From contig OZ037765.1 in assembly GCA_964035545.1 (NCBI GenBank), positions 31,309,504 through 31,373,503 on the forward strand: a DNA stretch of 64,000 nt, in the 5' to 3' direction. Positions 14,735-26,500 of the stretch are shown here, in pieces. Source of the stretch: Bugula neritina. Taxonomy: Eukaryota; Animalia; Bryozoa. The position numbers were made by a program, and so were the translations under genes. Below the pieces are notes generated by a model, which was not told the DNA's origin, did not search any database, and was given only the letters and a program-made list of their open reading frames with translations. Position 1 is the first letter of the stretch. Each line of letters begins with the position of its first letter.

Positions 14735-16613
14735 AACTGCAGGAGCGTGCAGACACCAAGTGAGGAAATCTGAGGAGAAGGTAACATAACTCTTGGAAAT
14801 ACTGAGAGATGCACACAGACAATGACACTCAACATATATCATAGTAGTTGAGCTGGTTTCCAAAATAGCCTTGAATTAGCTAGAAAGTCCTTCTGCTTTA
14901 TTTGCCTAGTACCTTAACTTCTTAAATTATTTGTGCAGTTTCAAACAATAAATTAATATAAAAATATATAGTTATTAGGTACCAAGATATACGTATGACT
15001 CACTAATGACTCCTAAACATTTCTTTTTATGAATGCCAGTAAGTCATTAGTGAATAATACCATATATAATCACTGTATACTACTATAACAAACTATTGAC
15101 TAATAATTAACATATAGTATTATATATCTTGAAATCTATTGATATATCTACACTTGATATTAATTAATTTTATGTAAAACTACATATATCAATACTTTGA
15201 AGGGTGAGAAACATGTTACTTATTGTTAAAATAGAAACTACAGCACATTAAGCAAGTATTTAGGTAAGTTTCAAATGACTTAAGAGTAGCAGTAGTTTTA
15301 ATATATGTTGACCTACATATAAACAATTGTGGTTACTTATAGTCTATGTCACACTATCAATTTCCCTCCACTATTACTCAAAGTGCAAGAGAAATTTAGA
15401 GTCAGTTAAACTGATCCAGTGTGAATTTTACATTTAATTGAACTGTCAAGTGACTCCCCCACTCATATTACTATGAGATGCTCCACACTTACACCCGAAT
15501 TTAGTTCGACCTTGACTTTAAGAAACCAAACATAAAATCTATTAAATTGTATAAGTAATACTAACAGTGACTGCAAATAACTACAACTACATTGATGTAG
15601 ATAATACTAAGATTCTACTCTACAAGTTCATTCTTGCAACCATGAGATTGTTCTTTGTCTTGTTCTTGTTCTTACTTACTTATTCACTACTATTAATATT
15701 ACTATTAGTATTACACTTACATCTTACAGTATCAGTACGAGTACTACATTCACTAGGTAGGCTGAATTGTGCGAAAGCGAAACCACATGTAATTATATAT
15801 AAGTTTATATAGTTGACCGCAACTGCTGTTTTTATTTGTTATGATTTTGTGAAGCCGACCAATTACTAAAGAGCTAGCCTTTAGAGCGCGGAAGCCAGGT
15901 TTTATACGCTTTGAAATCTAATTATAGCTGCACATTTTCTTCTGTAGCTGCAAAACTACTGCAGCTATAACATTACTATAACTATAGTTTTAATCAGAAA
16001 GAATGTGACAATTGCTTGAATGAATTTTTAGTAATGCCATTGAAAGTCAGAACACATTTGACCTAACTAAACTCCTATGACTCATACACAGTCAATCACA
16101 TACTCATAGTATGTGATTGACTGTGTATGAGATTGAGTGTTATTGTTGCTACTCTTTGACTTTACCTTTGATTTTATTACTAATACTCGTGCCGAGTCTG
16201 ATGATTGATAGCTATTCACTCTCAGTATGTCATGCTCGTATCAGTATCACTATGATTATGACTACCAGTACGAGCATTCACTTTTCAGTTTCACTTACGG
16301 AACGACTATGACTATGAGTATCAGTATGACATTGAGTTTAACTATGACATTGAGTTTAACTATGAAATTGAGTAAAACTATGAGATTAAGCATAACTAAA
16401 ATTTTAGGTACAACTAATGAACTACAACTAATACTACAACATTAACTACACTCTATAAGTATTCTGAACCTGATACTGATAGTCATAGTGATTCTCGTTC
16501 TGATTCTCACTCTCTGAGAATCAGAATGATTCTCGATGTCAGATTGAGACTCAGTGTCGCGCGGTGAGGCTTATTTGAACTGCATAGAGAGTGTATTGGC
16601 AAATATAACTTAC

Positions 16614-17150
16614 AATTTGAACAGAACTAGTGGTCGTGAAAGAGCCATAAAGATTTTGGCACAGACAGTGACAGTGTTATTAAACAGTAAGAGAAAATAG
16701 TGGCATGAAATCTTCAACGGAACTGGAAACAATAAGAAAAATAAAATTTGCGCGAGAAACTTCCGGAATTGCATCCGGTATATGGTACTTTAAAAAAGAA
16801 AGCACTATTGATTGATTTGTAGTCCTCTTTCAAAGTTATTTTGTTCAATACCTGTTCGATTACAGTAGCTAGGAGTGTTCAAGAAGAAACTTTTAACTCA
16901 AAAACTTACCAGTAACTTGAATTATTCGAGCAAAAGTAAGAGTAAAGTCTTGTCACGTGACGAACAAAGTTCCCGCAAATCCACGCACACTGTGTTATAT
17001 ACGCCGGTGAATGGTTTCGGTTTAGACAAGTTTGAGACTACGATTACTGGTCAAACTTTCAAGTCATCATTTTATTATGATAATTTAATATCACTCGCAG
17101 TCACATCACCATAAAATCAATTGGACTATATAAATGAATTATTGGATTGA
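16614..17150 (-). promoter_or_regulatory. GABPA promoter and 5' non-coding exon region
   Basis: Minus-strand donors GTAAGT at 16613 and 16909. ETS cores ACTTCCGG/CCGGAA (16759-16770) and GCATCCGGT (16771-16779), palindromic E-box GTCACGTGAC (16952-16961), E2F-like TTTGCGCG and TTCCCGC, CCAAT-like motifs at ~17120-17145. Locally CpG-enriched. Confidence 0.6.
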
Positions 17151-19753
17151 AATTAATTAACGTAGTAATGATCATAATCGCTATAGGGCTAGTTATTTAC
17201 GTATAGTAATAGTTATTACTTATTAGACTTAGTTATACTTATAGTTATTAGATTTAGTTTTTACTTATTAGTTATTAGTTACTAGTTAATGTTATTACTA
17301 TTACAGTTACTATTAGTATTACTATTACTTATTACTATTGCATTTACTATTAGTATTACTATTACTCAATTAGTATTAGTGTAAGTATTAGTCTATTACT
17401 ATTAATATTACTACTATTACTACTAAATTACTGTTAGTGTTAGTGTTACTGTTAGTGTTAGTATAAATTCTAGTGAAGTTATTAGTTATTATTGACTACA
17501 GGTTAGACATTAAACTATAAGTTATAGTTTAAGTTATACTTAAAATTAACAAGTTTAAGTTAATTGGTTAGTATTTTTAATTTTTTATCATTATCATTAT
17601 GATTAGGATAATTATTATCATTATGACATCATGATCAATATCATAATAATAAAAATAACGTTAAATGATTATCATCATAATTACGATCATCAAAATCATT
17701 AGATCAATCACTAAATTTAATGTCTAATTTGTGATCAGTATCACTACCCGTCATTTATGATTAAATTTTAATAACCACTGAAATTGAATAACTCTCATGA
17801 TCACTTGATGACTTGGTGATAGTCATAGTCATCTAAATCATGATGATGGTAGTAATCATATTGATTATCATTATAAATCGATAAATTCATTAATGATAAA
17901 CTCATGTGTAGTATTGATATTACTATTAGTATTATTATTGATATAATGTTGATTATCAATAATCATTAATATAAATTAAAATATTGAATAATTATGAAAT
18001 TGAATATGATCATTAATAATAATAGTACTTATGATGAAAGTAAACTAAAACTGTGTCTAGTTTCATGGTATCAGTTTAAAATAATTAATTTTAGTTTAGG
18101 TATTAAATTCAAATTCCTCATTTTAAGTTTTTAGATTGCCTGTAGGCTGTAAGACTAAAATTTGGTGTGAGCACATCAGTATGGGCTGTCAAAAAATAGT
18201 ACATGTGTATGATAATGTATCATAATCATTATGCATAGGATTTCGAACTATCTTAATAACTTATGATCATATTTATAAACAATTTATTTTTTACTTCGTT
18301 TTATTACTGTTATCAAATTTTAATATACGATTAATATCTATATAAGTACATGCTGATAATTTTACTGAATGATAAGGCTAATAACAATGAGCCGGTTCTA
18401 ACATTATTAGCAATACTATTCATATTATTATTTCTAATTGTAATAAGCTTCATATAGCACAAGCAAATGATCAATATGTAATCAGATATAATAATAATTA
18501 TAATGATAACTGATATGCTGTAACTACAAGTATAACTATAATTTGAATTTATTGAAAATAAGTTTGAATTAACAACTGGGAAAAGTTGTATTGCCATTTG
18601 TATTATAAAAGTTAGCTCAAAAAGTAAGCTTGATTTCATCAGCTTTACTGTTTAAATGAATTACTTTCGTTTTGTTGTAAAATAGTTACTTTGCTTTGTA
18701 GCAATTTATTTTGAAGCTAAACGTTTTGCTTTAAATTAGGTAATTACCCTGAAAGTGTTGAGATATGTTCATAATGATATAAAAACATTTAGCGTTGAAT
18801 TTTTTTTTAAATGAGATAATATGGGAAAGGGAAAGAGCAGTAATAAATGTATGTTGTTTCATTAAATTTAGCAACATTTTATATTCCTTTAAAATTCTCC
18901 TGGTTTTTTATTAAAATGATGAAAATAGATGTCATCTGAGGTCTTTTATAAATGCTATATCTACTATTCATATATTAGTGCTCTTAGTGCTTCAAGTAAA
19001 ATGTATAATTACTTGATGCATAACACACAGTACCATCGTAGTAAATATATCTTACCCAAATACCCAAGTCTATTCATGACGTCTCTAACGCAGACAGACC
19101 TTTGGCGCGTGAGGATACATGTACAAATGATATTCCTTATCTGCGCTCCGATGTCATATATTGTGCGGTATTATCGATCTATTAAGGCTCACTAGGTTTC
19201 TATGGTGTTTCAATGTTGATTACAATTTAAATCGTGTTCAAGATTGTGTTTCATTTTATTAATTGTCTACTCTTGGTAAATATTTTTAGAGTTGTAAGCA
19301 CTTCAGCTCATCAATTCACTCAAACACACTTCGTCGACTTAAATTTTGAGTAAATAACTCTGTTTCATTAGCTCAATGTCTATGTACTACTTACTATAAG
19401 TTAGCTAATGTCACTGATGCAACTATTTTGACACTGAACGCTGGAATATTCAGTAGCAAAATATTTTTAGCAAACTCAATTTCTATCAATATTTCTGATC
19501 TTTGAAGCTAGATTTACACAGCAAGTTTCATTTTGTTTTAAAGTATTTTCATTCTGGGCATATTGTTTTCGAGTTCAATCTAGAAGGTATGCCTGGATAA
19601 CATGTTTAGTTTTGACATTTTGAATATTTCGTTTAGTTATATTTTCTTTACTAAATTGTTTTAAAATTTCTAACGGAGTATTATGCTCATCATTACCTCG
19701 GCAATAACTTACTATTTTATTTAATATAATTTGTCCTTCTGTGCTCCTAGACC

Positions 19754-20375
19754 ATGCTTGGCCGAAGTTTGATGTTGGTATGTCGTCATACAGCGACTAC
19801 TAGCACCCGCCAGTTGTCTGTTACTCCTGCAGTCTGTAAAGCTGCTACTGCAACTGATCCCATTCAGCAACTCTTCGTTGATAAAGTACGACTCTACGGT
19901 CAAAAGAGCAAGTGAGTTGAATACACTTTTATTACCTTTTATCTGCCATGTTTATAAACGGCTCTAACCTTCTGATTGCCCCATAATTCTGTTACCAGAG
20001 CAGCTGGTGGAAAGCTTGTGGACGCCACACCAGAAGTAGAAGCTAAATATGCAGCCGAGATAGACCGTGTGCAAAAGCAATTCGGGGCTGTATCTGGTGA
20101 AGATTTTACAAAATTTCCAGTATTCAACTTTCAAGGTAATGAACCTTTTTCTAGTTTTATTGTTCATACAGAGAAGTGATGAAGTGTGATTTGGCCAGTG
20201 TTGGCTGTGGTCTGTGTTGTGTCAGCTGTGAAGACAACTCCTCTTATTGGCTGTCATTGCAGATACTGAGCTAGAACCAGTTGGTGTAACAGTGGAAACC
20301 AAAGCAGAAGAAGTAGAAGAAGTGGCTGTGGAGGAACAAGAAGTTGATAACAGACCATACTTTGAGACTAGTTAA
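19754..20375 (+). CDS. ATP5PF: Mitochondrial ATP synthase coupling factor 6 (peripheral stalk F6), 135 aa; exons 19754-19911, 19999-20135, 20263-20375
   Basis: Arg/Ser/Thr-rich presequence (MLGRSLMLVCRHTATTSTRQLSVTPAV), then DPIQQLFVDKVRLYGQKSK..GGKLVDATPE..EIDRVQKQFG..DFTKFPVFNF. An acceptor 3 nt upstream of the ATG implies a non-coding first exon. Confidence 0.95.
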
Positions 20376-20528
20376 GCAAAAGTTGAGGAAATATTTATGG
20401 TCCATTTCTACATTATTAACAATTGGCTGTATTTTTTGTGAATATTTACAGATTTTATTTGACTTTGGATCATAATATCTGTGATTACAATTCAAGTTAA
20501 ATAAAGTATTTGTGTACATGTGAACAGC

Positions 20529-23500
20529 TCATTTCTTGGACAATGATGTCAAAAAGTTAGCTACGTCATATTCAGTATCATATTCTGACTCATCCCACAG
20601 TTCTGTGAGGTTTTGTAACATTGTCTTTAGTCCCTTTGACGGAGTGCTGGAGAGTTGAGCTTCCTTTGCTCTGTGACTTTCATCAATGCTGAACAAGTCT
20701 AGGAGCTGGTCAGTACCCATTGTAGCCAGACCACTGTTCTCCTGGTTTACTATGGTATTGGCTATGTTCAGCTTAAACTTTTGTAACCTGAAATAATAAC
20801 ATGACCTGACTATTCACGATTACACAAGAATTAATATTGTGATAACGTATAATTATCTCTCATCAGCATTATGTCAAAATGAGAAAAGAGGTTGAAGCTG
20901 CATATAATATACTTACCCCATTATTTTTTCTTCCAAAGTGTGTTTAGCTATAAGTCTATATACATTTACCACCTTGGTCTGTCCAATCCTATGAGCTCGG
21001 TCCATAGCCTACACATATATATGATGTATACAAGCCTGCTGCTTTAATATTAGTCATAATCAAGTGTGAATAACTCCTAAATAGGAGGCTACCTGAAGGT
21101 CTTTCATTGGATTCCAGTCATGCTCCACAAATATCACAGTGTCTGCACCAGTGAGATTCAAGCCAAGACCACCCACAGTAGTAGTCAGCAATAATAAGTC
21201 TATGGTGGGATCATCATTGAATCTGAAATAATGGAGTGAATTCACTTAGCATTGTATCCATAGCAGCTGAAGTAGTGGACTTGTAGATTTAAAAACCAAA
21301 CAAAACCTGATGAAGTAACGGCAGTCACCTGTGAACTACACTCTGTCTACTGCTGGCTGGTGTAGATCCATCCAGTCTTAGATAAGTTACAGAAGGAAGG
21401 CACTTTCTAAAAAAACCAGTACTGATGACTAAGTGGTATTTCACAAAAAATTCTCTTGATAAACTATAACAAGGTACTCCCAACAAACTTCTGATTTATA
21501 CAAGAGAGTAGTACTAATAGACAAGAGAGTAGTACTAATAGTAACGATACAACTTCCGAGTTCGCATTAGAAAGTTGCTACCGAGTCATATAAAGCTCTT
21601 ACTTGAGGAGCTCCTGCTCAATGATGTCTATCATCATCTTGAGCTGACAGAACACCAGAGCTCGGTGCTGATTCACCACAACATCTGCATCTGCTGAACT
21701 GCTGGCCATGCCTATACCACAGTCCAGCAGCAACTGCCTGCAATAGAAAGATGTAGGTTTAGCAGAAAGTTGACATAATCTCTGTCCTGTTCGAGTAGTA
21801 AGTTGAGGATTTGGTTTAGTTTTGCTAAGCATTTGCTAGAAATCAAAGATTTACATAATCAGTATTTTATGATTATAAAAAAAGGTAAATATCCCAAGAG
21901 CCACCTCATTGGTTTATATTTAGAAAAGCTGCTATGCTAGTATTACCTGAAGATATAAAAAGTTACTGAACTAACTTGAGAGCTGAGAGTTTCCCTGAAT
22001 ACTCGATATCCTTTATGGATCCCCCTTTAGCCTTACATTCCATCATCATTGCCTCGTGGTGCGGATGTTTACTATTCTGAAGAACCAAGGCTGGGTGATT
22101 GCATACCTTCTTTAAATATTGTAGCGCCTGTAAAATAATTCTCCACCTTGTAAAATGTTGAAATAGTCTAAAGAGAAGTGTTAACGTTTCAATAAACTTG
22201 GAATCTGCAGGAAAATTTTTACAAATTCTGTAGCTCTTCCAACTGATATCATGTAACGTAATAAGTGCAACCATTTAACACAATCTCACGTCCGGCACAC
22301 CAACAACAACGTCCATATTCTATACTTGTTGGAAAAAGGTGTAACAATACAAAACATTTTGAATAAATACACAGAAGGGAATAAATACACAGAAGGGAAT
22401 AAATATACAGAAGGGAATAAATATACAGAAGGAAATAGATATACAGAAGGAAATAAATATACAGAAGGAAATAAATATACAGAAGGGAATAAATATACAG
22501 AAGGGAATAAATATACAGAAGGGAATAAATATACAGAAGGGAATAAATATACAGAAGAGAATAAATATACAGAAGGAAATAAATATACAGAAGAGAATAA
22601 ATATACAGAAGAAAATAAATATACAGAAGGGAATAAATATACAGAAGGGAATAAATATACAGAAGGGAATAAATATACAGAAGGGAATAAATATTCTTCT
22701 GCTACGCAAACAGGCTCTACCTGGAAGATGTGCCCCTTGAAGCCAGCTTGTTCATGGGAGTCGTCTTTCATTGAGGTTAGAGATTGTTCCACCACGTGAC
22801 CAGCTGACGATTGTCCAAACTCCTTGTAAAGTTGAGTCTGAAGAAGAATTGGGATAAGCTCTAGTGAGGGCAGTGGCAGTAATACTGGATGCAGTAAGTA
22901 GTAGTAGTAGTACTAGTAATAGTAGTAGTAGTAGTAATAGTAGTAGTAGTAGCAGCATTAGTAGTACTAGTAGCAGCAGTATTAGTAGTAGTAGTTGCAG
23001 CAGCAGTAGTAGTAGTAGTAGCAGTAGCGGTACTAGTAGTAGCTACAGTTAACAGGATAGGTTATATAATATATAATAAAGTGCAATTGAAAGAGTTGTT
23101 CATTGAGGTAGAGAGAACAGCTAGTCAGTGCATAACATACTCTCTACAGTACTAGAGCCGGAGTAATCAGCATACACACCTGCAGTGAGCTAAGCTCACA
23201 ATAATAATCCTGTATTATTTTCGGTGGCAAATCTTTGAGAACATCAGTTTTTAAACGTCTAAGTAAGAAAGGTAACACTTGTTTATGGAGAGATTCTATC
23301 GCCAGAGCACCTAATAACAGCAAACATTGAACAAGTTTTAAAATTAATATATTAACACTTTTATAAAGTTCACAGTTGCAACTTCACACTTTTTAGTCCC
23401 AGATAAATCTGTTTTGAGTAATTCTTGTTCGCAATGATAAAATTAGCTCAATATTTAACTTCCATACAATGGCAATTTTCAAAAAACGATTCTTCAATTT

Positions 23501-26500
23501 GAGAACTTATTTAACCCAAACTAATGAATAAATAAAAATGTTGTAAAAATAACGTTTTCAATAGGCAATAAATACCGGCTTCTTGCTCTTTGGAGGAACT
23601 ACGAGCATCTCGACTCTGTAAGATCGGGCGACTGTATCGAGATGAGAACAACCTCTCTGTACCCAGATAACCAGGCATCAAGAAATCAAAGAGGGACCAC
23701 AACTCCAGCACGTTATTCTGTACAGGTGTTCCAGTTAGAATCAATCTGTGGTTACAGTTTAATTTCTTCACAGCCTGCGTTGTCTAAACGTCACAACAAA
23801 CACTTAGAAAGGTAAGCTGTTAACTACTTATTTAATTAAAATGAAGCAAAATACATAAAGCTTACAAAGAAATGATTATTATAACGGAAAAGTTTTGTAA
23901 AATATCATACTCGGAATTAGTAACCGTTATCATATATCATACTACTAACTATATATGTAGGTAAAAGGTTGCTTCAAGGTAAAACCATGGAATTACAGCG
24001 TAGATGGCTAAAAATGGTTGACTAAAACTATCAAATGTTTCAGGGAACAGTTTGGAATCAACTTTTCAAAAAATAAATTCCTTAAATTAATAAAATGGCT
24101 GCCGATAGCTAATGAATCACAATGATATAGCCTATGATTTCGATATTCTCAACATGCATGCTGTGCGTCCAAGAGTCACTCCTTGACAGTAAATTTTAAT
24201 CAAGACGAATAAGCAAATCAATTTTACCTCAAGAAGTTATAAACTAGTACAATATTTTAGTTATTACCTTTGACTTTGAGTTCTTTATAATATGACCTTC
24301 ATCCAGGACACAATAGTTCCATGTCAGTGTTCGCAGAAAATCCACGTCATTCCTGACAATCTCATAGGAACATATCACTAGACTGTGCTTGCTAATTTCC
24401 TCTCTTAGCCTATTAACACAAGATATAAGAAATACAGCCCTTGAAGATAATATACTTCAATGTAAGAGTCTCATTAGTTGTAAGAAATACAGTCAAAAAA
24501 TGATATAGTAGAAAATGTGGCTAAGAGCATTATTAGACTAAATACATATTTCACTCTGCCTTATGCCTATGAATAATCTACTAATGGTTGATATTACAGA
24601 TTATAGACTGAGCACTCACATGATGAGACATGTGATGGTTGGGTGGTGCTTACCGGACTCTCTCAGCAGGGAGTACTGAATAGTTTAGAACACTGAGATG
24701 AGTTTTATCAACAAACTTCTCCACCTCATAGACCCAGTGACCGCACAAAGTTGAAGGACAAACAACGAGGGATGGTAGGGGCACACTATCCACGTCTTGT
24801 GACTCCTACAAGTAATAACTTAAACTAAAACGGTGTCAGTAAGTGTTATTAGTACATAAAAAAAACTGAAGCAAGTTTATAGTCACTATCCCTGCGAGAA
24901 ATCCTTAATGAAAAGAATTTTTTTTAAAAAACATATTCATATGTGGCACAGGAGCAACTATGACTGGATGCCCTTCCCAACATTACCAATGACCTTTACC
25001 GGAGATTGAACTCATGACCTCAGGTTCACTAAGCCAGTGCTCTAACTCCTATTAGTACATGTTAATAGTTATTTATACGACGTTTCGTCTATTTAGATTA
25101 CATTGATTAAAAAACTTACTGAGTTTAGAAACAAGGAGTACATAATGCTAGAATTTACTATACAATACTACAGACATACTTTATATTTCTCCTGCCTCAT
25201 GTAGTGATCACCAGCCAGTATGCATATAGTCTGCAGCGTTTTCCCTAGTCCCATGTCATCACATAGAATTCCATGCAACTTGTACTTGTTGAGAAAGGCC
25301 AACCAGTTGACACCATCCTTGAAAACACCAATTCTGACTCATGATTCAAGTAACACTCGACAGCGCTGACTGACTAATATTATTCAAGTATTTCATAGAA
25401 CAACATGCACAGTGATTGTACAAAATGCATACTAAAAGACTTCAATTTCGTTTTATAAGATGAAAGATAAAAAACAGAGTCAAAGTATAAAGAGCCACAA
25501 AACTAGTTAACTCTTGTACTGAAAAAAATTAACAATTGGCAAACACTTTGTATGCTCACTCAACATAACAAATACAGAGTGGCAACATTTATTATTTATT
25601 TGCAATACCAGTTGCCACAAAAGCCAACAAAACTGCACTAATAAATTGATGATTAATTACAAAAGAGCGGTTAGAAGGTGATGCAAGCATACAAACCTGT
25701 TGATACTTTCTGAGCTCACACTTGATAGGAATGGGTATACCGTAGTTTTGAAGTAGTTTACCATTCAACAGCTGCTCGAGAAATTGTCTCTCCACCTTCT
25801 TTTTCTCTATTAAATGTGCCTTCATATTCGGTGGGTCCGCCACGCCAGCCTAAGCATAGTTTACTCAATTAATTGAAGTCACAGCTATACTTGAAGGGAA
25901 TAAAATATAATACTGACTATTGAGTGAGAGACACAAGTAAGTTATTAGAACAAACGCTATTGACTATAGACTTACTTCTAATGGCATAAGTTTGATGACA
26001 GAAGCAAAGCATTGGCTAGCCATCATTTGAGTAGAGAGGTCCTGGTCTGTCATCCTACCTAGAACTGGTACGACCAGCAGCACCAGGTACGGGAGACAAT
26101 GAGTGAACAGTACCTCTACAATATCTGCAGTGAACTACGATAAGGAAGAGTATCAGTGTCTGCTAGTGACAGAATAATATTATAACTGACAGTGATTGAG
26201 TGAATAAGTAGTATATATAAACATTATTGAGTAAGAGTAACTACAACATATCATCAGTGAAAGCAATGAGTTACAAAACTTTCGGAAAGGATACGATACA
26301 CAGTCTCAATGGCTCCCTGCCGCCATGTTGTTTGCTGAGTGGCACCCAGTAGAGGCAGGATGGAGTCCAGTACAAGGTTCATGAACTCTGCCGTTAGAGA
26401 GAGAGCGCAGACGGCTATGGTTCTTGCTGCCATGTGCCGTACTGCTGTGTACTCCGACTTCACACATGCTAGTAAACACGGGAAGCTTTCAAATACTTCC

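Noticed and set aside
22286-22799. ORFs with NKYTEG / FPSVYL / FCIFIP repeats
   Set aside because: They are translations of an 18-bp intronic minisatellite, and the BTAF1 frame splices around it.
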